A stretch of 64,000 nt of DNA from Zygnema circumcarinatum SAG 698-1b (taxonomy: Eukaryota > Plantae > Zygnematophyceae), in assembly GCA_037447605.1 (NCBI GenBank), contig CM074804.1:2852001-2916000 (forward strand). The letters are read 5' to 3'. Within the stretch, counting starts at the first letter, position 1, and each line of letters opens with the position of its first letter. Made by a program: the position numbers and the translations under genes. Under the pieces are notes generated by a model. The model did not search any database, had not been told where the DNA came from, and saw only the letters and a program-made list of their open reading frames with translations. This document shows, in pieces, positions 26,901 to 40,180 of the stretch.

Positions 26901-29900
26901 GTTTTTGCCCTATCTTTCTATGTTGCGGAACCGATCAGAGCACCTGCAAAGTAGGAGGATGACCTGGCCCTCATAGAAGTGATTATTCTAATCACAATCA
27001 AGTTTACTTCTAATTCTGACTCCAACTCCTCCACCCTTCCACCCTGCCTCCTCCCCACTCTCGTCCCACTCCCCTTCCTCCCAATCTTTCTTTGCTATCT
27101 CTTTCGCATCCTTGCCGCTGCCCCTCTCTCCCTCCCTTCACCTCCCACTCGATCCCTCCACATCCACCTCNNNNNNNNNNCTCCCCCTCCCCCTCCCAGG
27201 ATCCGGTACCTGCTGATCGCGCGGCTGCTCCGCCTCACGCGGCTGCTGGCGGCGGTGCCCCGCTACCGTGCGATCGCGAGCGCGATCGTACGGCTCCTGC
27301 CGGGCCTCGCGCCGCTCGCCGCGCTGCTCGGCCTCACGCTCTGCCTCTTCGCCAGCGCCGGCGTGCAGGCAAGCTTCGACCCGCAACCCTAAACCCAAAA
27401 CCCTAAACCCTAAACCCTGCGGGTGGGCGGGCATGAAGCATTCCTCGGGTTGGAGTGGGTGTGAGGGAAGGGCGCGGTCAAACTGACCTTGAACCTTGGA
27501 CTCTCATACATTAGTGTCTAAACGCTGACTCTGAACTATGGATTTGATCCTGGGCCCCTCAACCAGGATCAAATCTGAATCTGATATGTAAATCCTATAT
27601 CAACTCCCTAAGTTCCGCAGTTGTGAGGGCAGCCATACATTATGAAATTTGGAATCTGACGGGAGGAGGGGCTCGACGTGGCAGCTCTATGGCGGGCTCC
27701 TGCACTACGGCAATCCCAAGTTGGAGGGCACTGACTACGACTCAAACGAGTACACTTCCCCTTCTCCTCTCCTCTCCTCTCCTCGCCTCTCCTCGCCTCG
27801 CCTCTCCTCTCCTCTCCTCTCCTCTCCTCTCCTCTCCTCTCCTCTCCTCTCCTCTCCTCGCCTCTCCTCTCCTCTCCTCTCCACTCCTCTCCTCTCCTCT
27901 CCTCTCATGTAGTATAGTATAGTGTAGTGTAGTGTAGTGTAGTGTAGTATAGTGTCATACATATAGTATAGTATAGTATAGTGTAGTGTAGTGTAGTATT
28001 AATGTAGTGTAGTATCATGTCATAGTGTAAGTATAGTGTAGTATATATAGTGTAGTATAGTGTAGTGTAGTGTAGTATGCAGTATACATGTACATATACA
28101 TATAGTATAGTGTAGTGTGCATGTAGTGTATGTAGTGTCAGTGTAGTGTAGTGTAGTGTCATGTAGTATGGTGTCATGTAGTGTAGTGTAGTATCATGTA
28201 GTGTCATGTAGTATCTCATGTAAGTATGCATATAGTATACATATAATGTAGTGTAATGTAGTGTACATGTAGTGTAGTGTAGTGTATAGTATCATGTAAG
28301 TATAGTGTCATCTCCTCTCCTCTCCTCTCCTCTCTCCTCTCCTCTCCTCTCCTCTCCTCTCCTCTCCTCTCCTCTCCTCTCCTCTCCTCTCCTCTCCTCT
28401 CCTCCTCTCCTCTCCTCTCCTCTCCTCTCCTCTCCTCTCCTCTCCTCTCTCTCCTCTCTCTCCCTCCTCTCCTCTCCTCTCCCTCTCTCCTCTCCTCTCC
28501 CTCTCCTCTCCTCTCCTCTCCTCTCTCTCCTCTCCTCTCCTCCTCTCTCTCCTCTCCCTCTCCTCTCCTCTCCTCTCCTCTCCTCTCCCTCTCCTCTACT
28601 CTCCTCCCTCTCTCTCCTCTCCTTCCTCTCCTCTCTCCCTCTCTCTCCTCTCCCTCTCCTCTCCTCTCCTCTCCTCTCCTCAGTATAGTATACAGTATAC
28701 ATATCATATCATATAGTATCATATTAGTATACATATAGTATCATATGCGTATCATATAGTATAGTGTAGTGTAGTATAGTGTAGTGTAGCTAGTATTTGT
28801 TAGTATAGTAATTCTCATTGTAAGTATAGTGTCATATTATCATATTGCATATAATATTAATTATATAATCATATAATTATATATTATATTACATATAATG
28901 TAACGTATTAATATTAATATTAATACGTATCATTATCATATCATATAATATAATTATAATATAATATATTAATATAATATTCATACATATTTAGTACATA
29001 TAATATTACATATTATACATATAATTATAATATAATATTAATATTAATATTAATACATATAATACATATAATATAATATAATATTTCATATTAATAATAT
29101 ATCATATCATATTAATATTATCATTTTTAATTATCATTTAATATTCATAATATTACATATAATATACATATTAATATAATCATATAATAATATAATATAA
29201 TATAATATAATATAATATATATTAATATAATATAATATAATATCATATAATTATCATACGTATAATATCATATTCATATAATTATAAGTATCATATTAGT
29301 AATATCATATCATATACATATAATATAGTATCATATAAGTACATACATATTAATATAATATACATATAATTATACATACATACATGTCATACATATAATT
29401 GTCATCCTTAGTACATATAAGTTATAACATACATATAGTACTAATACATATAAGGTATAATTTTACATTATTTTTACACATACATATGCATATCATAGTA
29501 TAGTGTCATATTTAGTATAGTGTACATGTAGGTGTAATATAGTGTGCATGTAAGTATACATATAATATAATATACATATAGTATAATATAGTGTAGTATA
29601 CATATAGTATACATATAGTATAGTATTCATATTCATGTAGTACATATGGTGTAGTATTGCATGTAGTATAGTATCATGTACATATAGTATAGTTTAAGTA
29701 TAGTATAGTGTAGTGTAGTATAGTGTAGTATTGCAGTATAGTGTAGTGTATAACATAGTCAGGTCCCTCCCCTCCCCTCCCCTCCCCTCCCCTCTCATCC
29801 CTCCCCCTCTCTCTCTCTCTCTCTCTGTGTCGTTCTTTCTCCTTCCACCCTTTGTGTACGCTCTCAGGGCGTTAGGGTACAAAGAGAGTGAGGGATTGAG

Positions 29901-31242
29901 GGTTTTGGCGGGGCCGAAGGTACTATTTGACGAACTTCAACGACTACGGCGCCGCCCTCGTCCTCCTCTTCAATGTTCTCGTCACGGAGGGTGGCGGCGC
30001 CTGGATGGAGGCAAGGGGCTGCAGGCAGACGGAGAGGAGGAAGAGGGAGCGAGGGGGGGAGAGAGAGATGGAGAGAGAGCGAGAGAAAGGCAGGGGAGGG
30101 AAAGGGTGGGGGGAGAGTGGAGGGTAGGAGGAGAGTCGAAGAAAAAGGGAGGAGAAAGAAAGGGAATGGGGAGTGGGGGGGAGGGAAGTGGGAAGTGGGG
30201 GGACGTGAGGGAGTGGGACCGGTAGAGGGAACATGCTCTGGAAAGTCAAACCTTAAACCTCAACCCTTAACGGACTTCAGAAACCCTGATTTCCTGAAGC
30301 ATAGTTTTCGGGTTCAGGCTCTGGCCGAAGCGAGCGGGAGCTGGACGCCGTACCTCTTCTTCAACGTCTTCTTTTACATTTGCATCGCATATGTGCTGGA
30401 GTTGGTGAGAAGGACCTTCAACCCGAAAATCTCGGGAAGCTCTAAAGCGCTGGGTCTTTAGATCCTGAGAGTCCGTACAAGCGTGTTCAAAATCACAACA
30501 GCTTTTCCAAACCACATTACGATGCATCCTTTCTCTCTTTCTCTCATCTCTCTCCTATCTCTCTCTCTCTGTGTGTGTGTGTCTTCTCTCTCTCCTCTTT
30601 CTCTCTCTCTCGCCCACTGTCTCGTGCGGCAGGTCGCCTCCTTTGTGTTGGACGCGTTTTTTGCGGAGAAAGTGGCGGCGGAGAAGCGTCTCCATGCGGC
30701 GTATGAGGTCAATTTTGCTTTCCTTCTCCGATTTTCAACTTCTTGGGTCCCTTTCGCTCGTCGAATTTGATTTCGATTAGAGTCCCAAATTCGTTTTCTT
30801 TTTCTCTCTCCTGACCTCTTTCCGCATGTACGATTTAAAATTACTTGAGTTCATTAAAGTTCATCGTTTTTCGTTGTCTTTTTTGGGGTTGCAGCGGACT
30901 GAGGAGGGGTATGAGGTGGAAGTCGGGTAGGTCCATTACCGCTCTCACTCTCGTTGGAAAATCGTTTTTCTTAGATGCTATTTCTATGCAAAACATTAGA
31001 AGATAATTCAAATCAAATAAGTAATAATCAGAAAACAGTCACTGTTTATACCCTTTTCTGACTCACTTTTTGCCTCTAAATTTGTTTGTTTTGTTTTGTG
31101 TATTTGTTTTTATTTATTTGACTTTTTCCATTTATATTGTCATATTTAATTGTTTGGTGCTGAATCCGGGTGCAGGAGGTCGAGCAATGCCTACCAAATT
31201 TTGGACCGAATGTTCGGAGACAGCCAAGTGCAGTCCTTGTGA
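17950..31242 (+). CDS. TPC1: Two-pore channel 1-like vacuolar cation channel (2x6TM, two EF hands) with divergent pore filters
   Basis: N-terminal dileucine motif EAPLL; YEKAAALVD (18246-18364); IS4 [11 protein letters not shown]; pore I exon 20664-~20827; IS6 [12 protein letters not shown]; EF1 [12 protein letters not shown]; EF2 DDSHDKKISVDE; [10 protein letters not shown]; IIS4 [16 protein letters not shown] (27200-27368); NFNDY pore II exon ~29920-30010; FVLDAFFAE; stop TGA 31240-31242. The gene contains three N gaps and a duplicated internal segment. Confidence 0.92.
23577..25522 (+). repeat. Near-identical second copy of ~21503-23566 (internal TPC exons), starting right after a 10-N gap
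   Basis: Identical ORFs at offset 2074 (21508/23582, 21903/23977, 22300/24374), then at offset 1957 (23056/25013). The second copy lacks ~117 bp, including exon ~22839-22910. Confidence 0.9.
27755..29760. repeat. Compound pentanucleotide satellite inside a TPC intron: (CCTCT)n, (TAGTG/TAGTA)n and AT-rich (TAATA)n, degenerate
   Basis: Directly visible. The error-like degeneracy suggests unpolished sequence. Confidence 0.9.
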
Positions 31243-32209
31243 GTCTTCGATGCATTCAGAGAGTGTGAACAAGACAAAAAAGGACAAAAGAGCCTTTTAC
31301 AGTTTTGGGGTTTTTCGCTTTTTATGCATGTTTTTGCCTTCCTTTGTAGAGGGCCTTTTTGCGCTCCATGACTCTATTTCTATGGAAGGGACCGTTCGTT
31401 AGACTCGACGATATGTCAGTGAAGGGACATGACACATTCTCACTTAAAGCATACACAAAATGAACACAACACAACACACAGTCCCATTGGACCAGCACAT
31501 AACTCATAAACACTTTTTTTATTTTATCAAAGTCCTCTTTACAATTCACTTCATTCTCTTTCTTTCATCCTGGGTTACTCTACTTTTATGCAGCACTTCT
31601 TTTTCTAGTCATTGTCTAAGCTTCCACAACACTCTTTCCTGAACCTTGTACAATTGTGACACTTCGCTTGACACTTCTCGTCTTCCTCAGACTTTCCTAA
31701 AAACTTTTACACATGCAGTTTTTCATTTATACAATCGTTGTACGTCATTCGTACATTTGTCTATATGTACAATATCAGTACACTTTTTGTACAATTTGCA
31801 GCATCAAAATCTATCTCAATCCCTCTCTTGATGCAAGGGTTGACATCTTTGGCCCTCATCAAACTAAAGTCTTCAACACTTATCAATCATAGGTGTTGTT
31901 CTTACCTTAGTCATCATATCTATCGTTTACTCAGTTGTGTGAACATACTTTAACTTTATCACTCTCTTGGTCACTAACTCTCCGATGAAATGATACTTCA
32001 AATTTATATATTTTGTTCCTTTATGATAAACTGGATTCTTAATTAATGCAATGCAACTTTGACTATCGCTCCATATCAGTAACTTCGGTTACAATTGTAG
32101 CAAGTGCTATAGCCACCACAGTGCCTTGCGCACCCTAGAGATCTCTATACGATTTTGCCATACCGACCATGGTACCGGTTGTATGAACTGACTGACATTT
32201 TGTGGCAAC

Positions 32210-32690
32210 GTGTTGTACGCGTATGTCGAATGGGTGCCGCTACATCACGTTCACGTGTCGAACATACGCTGCTTGGCTACGCATCCCGTTGAATGCGTTG
32301 GGCTCGTTAATCTAGGGTCTAAGACCCCGAACTGCTTGCCAAGTTCATCACAAAACTTTTGCCAATCACTTGATCAATTTGAGGGGCTAAGCTTTCATAG
32401 ACTTGATAAGCTTCGCTTCGCAGTGATGTATAAGCAAAGTTCACCCACCCAAGGGGTGGGCAACGAGTTGCGTGAAGGTAGCCCTTTACCTATCCCAACC
32501 ACTACTCTATGGGGCAATCAGTCTCGAGACGGTCACCCATTTGTCAATAGGTGCCGCTTTGGCCCTAATGTGCAAATTCCAATTGTGGGGAGGGATCAGG
32601 GACAAGATATTGGCAAGGGACATCCCCCATCACCAATGGGCATCCCTAAGGGAGATCCGCCGCCACAAAGAGAATTGTGAAGTTGCCAAC
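32210..32690 (+). pseudogene. Possible highly decayed non-LTR (LINE) retrotransposon fragment
   Basis: Frame-shifted peptides CLATHPVECVGLVNLGSKT / LLAKFITKLLP loosely resemble the post-RT GGLGL..ALLAKW motif of plant LINEs, with many stops. Weak evidence. Confidence 0.25.
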
Positions 32691-32827
32691 GGTTAGCGTC
32701 GCTTTACAAGCAGCAAGCCCGAGTTTATCTAAGGTTAAATAAGCAAGCTTTGACTACAGAGCTTTTAGCAGTTCCATCTGCAGGGGGAGGAGAAACTAAC
32801 CGTTTTTCGGTTTTTTTTTTTTCTTTT

Positions 32828-32922
32828 ATCATCATCATCATCAACAACAGCATCACCAACATCATCATCATCATCATCATCATCATCAACATCAACAACA
32901 ACAACAACATTGGCATCATCAT
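32828..32922. repeat. (CAT/CAA)n microsatellite
   Basis: atcatcatcatcaacaacagcatcaccaacatcatc... directly visible. Confidence 0.9.
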
Positions 32923-34138
32923 TCAGCCTTACCCGCCAAGTTCCATACTACAGTTTTCAAAATCCGTTATTTGAATGAATAACATTTGACTTTATGCAAC
33001 CCAGTTCCACCTCAATCTCATCGACTTCGCGCGCGGCCGCCCCTGCCCGAACCCTACAGAACCCTTCCGCTTCGTTATATTATTTTTTCTCTCACCTTTA
33101 TGCATCACAGAAAATTAACAATGTCACTTTCGCCCATTTACAAGACAAAAAAAAAAAAAAACGGGCCACCTAAAAATCAGTACCTGAAATAATTCAGAGA
33201 GAGTTATTGTGCTTTCTCCATCAAGCTCCACTATTTTTCCACCCTCTCCTCCTCTCTCACTCTCACTCCCTCTCCCTCTGCCTCTCCCTCGCCTTCTATC
33301 TCCCTAACTCTCTGTCACACACAACCTATACACGGGAATTGAATTCCCTGAGCACCTTTCGATTACGACTCCTCGATTTTGCCCCAAGTTTCCGAACGAG
33401 TCTTTCTCGAACGAGACTTTCAGGATGAGAGGAATATCTTGTCACATCCGTCCAATCGAAGCGAGAAAGTAAAAGGGAGTCGGGGGAAAAGAAAAAGAGC
33501 ACTCTCTGCTTGCCGGTTCAACTGTCTTCCCTCTCCCTCCTGCCCTCCCTCCCTCTCCCTCTCCCTCTCCGTCTCCCTTCACCCCCCCCCTCTCTCCCTG
33601 CTTCTCAAGCTCCCAACCTCGAGGACGAAGTGGGTACTTAGGCCTCGGTGGTATTTGGGCGTTCAGGATTCAGGATCTTCCAAGCTCTACGCCTCCCCTC
33701 CTCCTCCTGCGATCTCTAAGCTACTTACATCCATCCAAAATCCAAATTTCAAGTAACAACAAACTACCTCCACGCGTCCATCTCGCCTTCTCCCTTCCTC
33801 CTCTCACCTCTCTCTCCCCGCCCGCTGCTCCGCCCCTACCCAATAATTGTCAATCACTTCAACAAAATGATATTCAACACCCTTCCGTTCCCCCTTCTTC
33901 ATCTCCTCCTTTGCCCCTCCCCCCCCCCCTCCCCTCCTCTCCCTCGCTCCTCGAACAAATCGCCCAAACCAATCGATGCCAAAAGCGGTCGCACCACCAA
34001 TAAATCCACACCCTCATATCTAAACCTATCCTCAACCCTAACACTAACCCTAATCGTTACACCCACAATCCACCATTTCCCACTTCCTCTCTCCTCTCTC
34101 CCTCCACTTCATCCTCTCTCCTCCCCCCTTCCATCCTC

Positions 34139-37100
34139 CTAACTCTCCTCATTAATGAGAATCCTCTTGCAGGCCTCGTAACACATGAATGAGATTCCAG
34201 CTGCCGGCATGAGCTTAATGCAGCTCGCCCCTAGGCCCCTATATAGCCCTCGAAGGCCCTCCTTTTCCACAATAGAACTTAGGGCATGGAACACGTTTCT
34301 ATACACTACTCTCCCACTCACAGCTCCCACTTGCATCTGCTTCCTTGCTACCTCCAGAGGGAAGGTTGCCGCACTTGAAATGGCTCCCGCGGTAGAGCCC
34401 ATGATTAGGGTTGCAATATTCCCAATGTGCTCTTCCTTAGTCATTTTTCGGTAGCATTTTCGCAAGGTATCGTATGCGAAATAGTTAGTTGCAGAATAAG
34501 GGATCACCCCGATTAGGGAAGAAGAGAGACCACGGTAGAGCTCCCGTGGCCCCTCCTCTTCAACAATCCTCACGAATGCATGAAGAAGGTTATCATACAC
34601 ACCACGCTGCATCCCCCCAAACCCTCAAAATCGGTGTGACTGGGTTCTTGAGGGTAGTGAGATTAGTTGTAAATTGAGCTAAGGACTCGAACAAAGCTTA
34701 AGATTGACTTTATCCACGGAAGTCATCACTTATTGGAATAAAATATCAGCAGATTGTTATTCAAATACTCCCATCTACGACAAAGGAATCAGACAGAAAG
34801 GAGGGAAAAAACTGCCCACCTGAATTGTTAAGCGCGTTTTCAGAAGCTCCAAGGGATACGTTACAAGTGTCGAGCAGACGCCAGCTGTCGCCCCCGCGAT
34901 TGATGCAACCGGTAACGGAAACCGCGGCATGGAAGTAGACTTATCCGTAAGAATTTTCTTCACTGTATCATATGCAAACAACTATTCCAGAAAGAAAAGA
35001 AAAGACAACGGACACAAAGAAGATGTAAGAAGCAGGATAGAAGGCTGAGGAGGATTGGAAGGTTAGTAATAAGGTTACACCACTTTTTTCTGATGCAAAA
35101 AAAAAGTTCAGAACGAGTGTTATTCAAACATGTAATTTTTTTCAACTATGAAAAAGATGACAACTACGGTCTAAACAAGCGGCGTCCATGTGTCCACACT
35201 GACTTCAACATCCAATAAACGGATCGAACAGAAGCTATCCGTTGAACTATACCATAGTGAACTGTTTCTCAAATTTATAGTATACAATCCGGGTTCCTAC
35301 TGGATACATTGTCTCTCTCTCTCTCTCCCCATTCCTCGACCTCCTTCTCCTTCTCTCCCTCTTCACCTGTCTCCTTGTCTCTCGTTTCTGCCGTCTCCTC
35401 CTTCGTTCTCCTCTTTCTCCTCTCCGTAACTTTCCCTCTTCGTCCATACTACCTCTCACACTCACCTCACCTTCCATGCTTCAAACACTCACAATCTCTT
35501 CCTGCTTTCCAAGCCAGCTACATCTCCCTCCCTATTATCCCTCCCTACTGGCCCATTTCCATGCCCCTGCCTCCTCCATTCCTTTCCCACTTCTGTGCTT
35601 CCTTTCACCCAATTTTTCCCTTCCTTCATTCCTCCTGCCGTACCATTCCTTGCTCTCATCGCATTTTTCTTCCATATCCTTCACCTCTCTCTCCCATCTT
35701 TCCCCACTCTGAGCTTTTTCTCTCTCTCTCTCTGCTTATACATCTCTTCCAACCTCCCCCTCCCACTCAACCCTACCATAATCTACACTTGCTCTCTCCC
35801 CATCTCTCCCTTTGTCTTTCTCCCAAATCATTCTCTCTGTCCTTGTTTTCTCTCACCATCCTCAGCATCCCTTCTGTCTTTTCTCCCACCACTCTCATCA
35901 CCTCTCGTTACGTTTTTCTCTCTCCTCATCTCACAAATGAGATGAGATGAGAATAAATGATGATGAATGAGATGCCTCTCAGCACAACACAACGAGCAAG
36001 GCTACAACTTTTGCATACTCAAAAAATGACATTTTCTTCACCCTGGATCTCCCACAAAAAACGCCCTCTTTCTCCGCTCCTACTGAACTTCGCTTCGTTA
36101 CTGGGAACAAATTCCTGCTATGCTGAAATCTCTAAAGCCCAAAAGACCCCTCGAAACCCTAGAATCCTAATGCTGACAGGTCGGACAACGAAGAGGAACC
36201 AACACAGTACATATCTATGCTGATCTGTAAAACATAATCATATTTACAACTGTATGAAAGTGTTCTTTAATCATTCGGGAATATATGGAATACCAAATTT
36301 TGCACAAATAATGATTGTACTCCAAGCAAAGAAGTGAATCGAGTCATGCATTTAAATCGAGCAGAAACATCAATGACTTTCATGACTCTGTGTTTCAGAA
36401 TATGACGTAAAGGGTGTCTTTCAAATTGAAATCCGATTAAGCCATGTTAAACCCTTGAGATTTCAAACATGCGCAAAAAGGATGAAGATAGCATAAATAC
36501 AAGTACTCTAAATGACATAATAAGTTGAACCCTAAAACTTGACGTTATAGTATCGCACCGTTGGTTTGGCAGCAGAACACATATGAAACAAACAGAAGCG
36601 CACGCAAATCTCTGTAACTTTCCTAGCAGAAAACAAGGAATCCATAACAACTGATAGGGAAAAACCGGCCGGAAGAACAAACTAGGCAAAAAGTCGGCAA
36701 CAAGCGGAACTTCCCTTGCAGAAACCCGTCCTGAACTCAGAAACGGCTCTCCTGCTTCAAGCAGTAGCCAACTCAACCACTCCTTTCTCCCTCAATCCAC
36801 CCAAAACTCATCAAGAATTGTCCAAACTCCAAACAAAAAAACACAATTTTATCAAAAAAATCACTAGAATTCATTAAGAAAGCATCCAAAACCATATAAA
36901 ATTCAGGTAAACTCCACCAAACCGAGATCGAACTCCACCAAATTTGCCCTCACCTCAATAGCCTTGCTTGGCGCCACTCTAAGCACGTTCACGCCGTTCC
37001 CTCTGAACAGCCCCTTCCACCCCTCCGTCTCCATAATGTGCCCAAACACTTCAGGCAGAGTCTTCCCTGCGCTGCCCACCATAAGATGAGTTCTGATGGT

Positions 37101-37568
37101 CTCCAAGGGAGCAACAGCAGTTCTTGAAACCGCTCCTGAAAAGGCTCCACTCAGGAGCCTCTTGAGTCCTGCATGCTTAATTTTTATCCCTAACCTCCTC
37201 CTCTCTCCCACTACCACTCTACCTCTCCCGCTCCTCCCTCGCTGCGATCCCTCTCCCGTCTCTCTCTCGCTCTCTCTCTCCACTGCCTCCATGCCTCCCA
37301 CCAGCTGGCGTTGAGCGCTGCTGCTCTCCGCCATGGCTAAGCTCTTCAAGGTCAGGGACGGCTCGGCGCGTGTTATTGCAGGGACGGGGAGGCGGCGGCC
37401 AGGGAGGCCTTGAACCTCGGCGTGCAGGAGGTGAAGGGGGAGGTAGGGTTCAGGGAAGGCGCCCGGTGAGGGTTCAGAGCCGCCCCCTGGCACAGCCGCC
37501 ACTATGCTCATCAAGGCGGGCCCCTTGTACTCGTGCTCCACCAGCTCGAAGCGCAGCGGGTTTCGCAT
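34139..37568 (-). CDS. BT1: BT1 (Brittle-1)-type adenine nucleotide transporter, mitochondrial carrier family, paralog A (3 coding exons)
   Basis: Exons 37568-36954, 34981-34820, 34606-34139. Three carrier signatures: [27 protein letters not shown]. Also RGNGVNVLRVAPSKAIELFAYD and KLMPAAGISFMCYEACK. The start ATG (MRNPLRF) is tentative. Confidence 0.9.
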
Positions 37569-38140
37569 ATTGGAGGGAGGTGGAAAAAAAAAACCTTGCG
37601 AGAGGTAGGGCTGAGCTGTGAAGGGAGATGAGTCCTGGCGGAGCGATGAACGAGCGCGCAAAAATTAGGGTATCAGCATGTGACGTGGGACCTAGCTTGT
37701 GAGTGGTAGGGGGGAGGAGAGAGAGGGAGAGAGTGAGTGCGAAGAGGGAGAGGAAGAGGGCGAGAGAGGGAGGGGGAGAGGGAGAGCGAGAGGGAGAGGC
37801 CGAGGGCGGGGCGGCACGTGTCAAGCGGGCGGCTCGAGCCTTACTGGGCAGCGCGTGATTGGCGAGAAAGGCTATGGATGGGGAAAGTACTCGGGAGCCA
37901 TTTCGGACCGTCAGATCGTAACCGATCGGACGGCGGGGTCGCGCGCAGCAAGGAGGGGCCCGGGAGGGAAGCGAAGTGGATATGCCATGTGGCGGCGCGA
38001 TCGGACCGTCCGCTCGCATCGGACGGTCGAAAATGTACGATAGGGCGCCACGCTGGCGGGCGAGCGCGCAGGGCCGCCGCGTGCGCACGCGGGGGGCATT
38101 ATACGGACTGTACGGATGGTAGGGCGGGCCTTATCCGCGG

Positions 38141-38749
38141 CCGGACCAGGCATCGTCAAATAATAAGGGGATTTTTGAAAAATTCCATTGAATCTTGCGG
38201 CCTCTCTACCTCCCTCCTTGTTGCCTTGTTTCTTTCCAAGCATGAAATGCCGCCAATGACGAAAAGCAGAAGAAGTTGCTGGAGTTCCAACAAGGACACG
38301 AAAACACGTTTGGTCTCAAGGGCACCCATTGGCTCGGACTCAAAGACAGGCCTTGCGTGCGTTTCTCAGTTGAAGGGCTCATGCGTGACTTTCATTTGTT
38401 GGCATAATTGCCAATGGTTGACTTCTCGAGTTGATGCTTGAAGCAGTGGTGGAGTTCATGGATTCTTTATGCAGCCACTCTTTGTGGCGAGAAACAGTCG
38501 TGGGTGTGTCCACTGATGGCGATAGGGATGATGTGATAACATTCAAATGTTACTATGAGATAAAAACTTCGTCCAAATTACAAACCAAGTACAAATCCGT
38601 AATCCCTTGAACGAAACTCAAAATTATCCCTTGATGGAGTTTAAAACCCCGTAAAAGGGACAATGGCATTGAACTCACGATGGCGAGGCCATCAAATGTA
38701 CAAAAACGGGTTTTATAGGAATTCCTTTATTTGACGATGCCTGGTCTGG
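38141..38749. mobile_element. Putative non-autonomous DNA transposon (MITE-like), ~610 bp with terminal inverted repeats
   Basis: CCGGACCAGGCATCGTCAAATAA (38141-38163) is the reverse complement of 38727-38749 at 22/23 positions. No coding capacity; target-site duplication not clearly identified. Confidence 0.6.
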
Positions 38750-38921
38750 AGTCCAGATTCTGGTCTGGAGTACGGATGGGCAAAAATTCCGTACAAGGGA
38801 CTTTTAGAGTTAAGATTTCAGAATTAGAAAGTTATAATATCTAAGAGTTTCAGTTTTTAAGAACACTTTTAGAATTTTTCGTGCGACCATTGAAATTGAA
38901 CATCAGCCAACTTCAATGGTC

Positions 38922-39179
38922 CATGGATACAATCAACATCGGGAACCAAAGGAAAAGGTCACGAAGGACCGAAAGGCAAAAAAGAGAAAGCCTATAAACG
39001 GAAATCTACTTTTAGGTCACAATCTACTTCGTTACCACAATTGATGGCCTAGGCGTAGCTTGACGCTCACAGCTTTTTCCTATTGTCCTTAGTTCCTTTG
39101 CGACCAGTTCCTCGTGGTTCCCCATGCTGATTATGTCCATGTACATTTGATGACATCGCCATCGTGAGATCAACGCCAC
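38922..39179. mobile_element. Foldback/MITE-like element with ~70-bp imperfect inverted arms, member of a dispersed repeat family
   Basis: 38922-38991 (catggatacaatcaacatcgggaaccaaagg...) matches the reverse complement of 39071-39140. The outer end matches copies at ~3051, 38664 and 59718. Confidence 0.55.
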
Positions 39180-40180
39180 ACCTTCTCTGAGGAAAAATAA
39201 GTTCTATCAAGTTCTCCAAGTTTTACCGTAATACGGTACCGTGGAGCTTTGACATTTTGTGACGTGCTCAAGTTCAGATGATTACGGCACGACTCTACCG
39301 TATGGTTAAACTCTCACGGCGTCCGAAATCCGACCCCCCCTGAAAATGAGGGTAGTGTACGGTCTGGAACTTGGAAGTTGTACTGTACGGTACATAAGGC
39401 ACTGTACATTACATAGTGTTTTAAAGTACAAACTAAAACTGGAAGCTTTAGCGCCCATGCTTTGGAACACTCAACGAGGAGGGAGAGAAAAGAGAGAAGG
39501 GGGCTGGATACAACTCCGCCTATGGGCTGTAATTATTTGTGAAGTTGAAAGCCAACTTATCATCAATGTAGGGCGCAGAGTCCCCCTTGCATACCCCCCC
39601 TAGACTTCGCCCACAACGGCTATATCCAAGCTCTATGATACGAGAAAAGAAAAAGAAAAAGATGTATGTTCCAAGCTTCACCTTGAAAGGGGTCACATAG
39701 CAATTGACCCAAAAGTGGAGGGTTTCCCCCCTTAGCTAAAACCCTAAACCCTAACCTGCGCTATCCTACTAGGGTTCATGAGCTGTGGGTCCCTCCCTAT
39801 CCTTCATAGGGTGCATAAAGTTGAACCAAAAACTATGGCCTGAATAGGAGAGCACAAAGCTCAGCAAAACGCTTCTTTCTAACCATTGACAGCAGACACC
39901 CCCGATGACTGCGAGCGGCTGTCATGTCGTGTCACGTCATGCCACGTCATGTCACGTGATCCACAAGGGGCGCGAGTGAGCCGAACCCCACATTAAGCGG
40001 CCAAATTTACCACGAAAAAAGCTTCATCAAGTGGGAGTTCAATACCACTACCATGTACAGTAGCACGTAATGATGAATGAGAATCCGTGTCGAGATTGGG
40101 AGAGAGAGCAGAGGGAGACTTTCCGGAGACGGATTAGTGATGGAGCGCAGCTTTTAGGGGAGGAGAGGCTGGGACCACCT

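Noticed and set aside
27735-28734. EERRG / LSSPL / TTLHY repeat ORFs
   Set aside because: They are translations of pentanucleotide satellites in a TPC intron.
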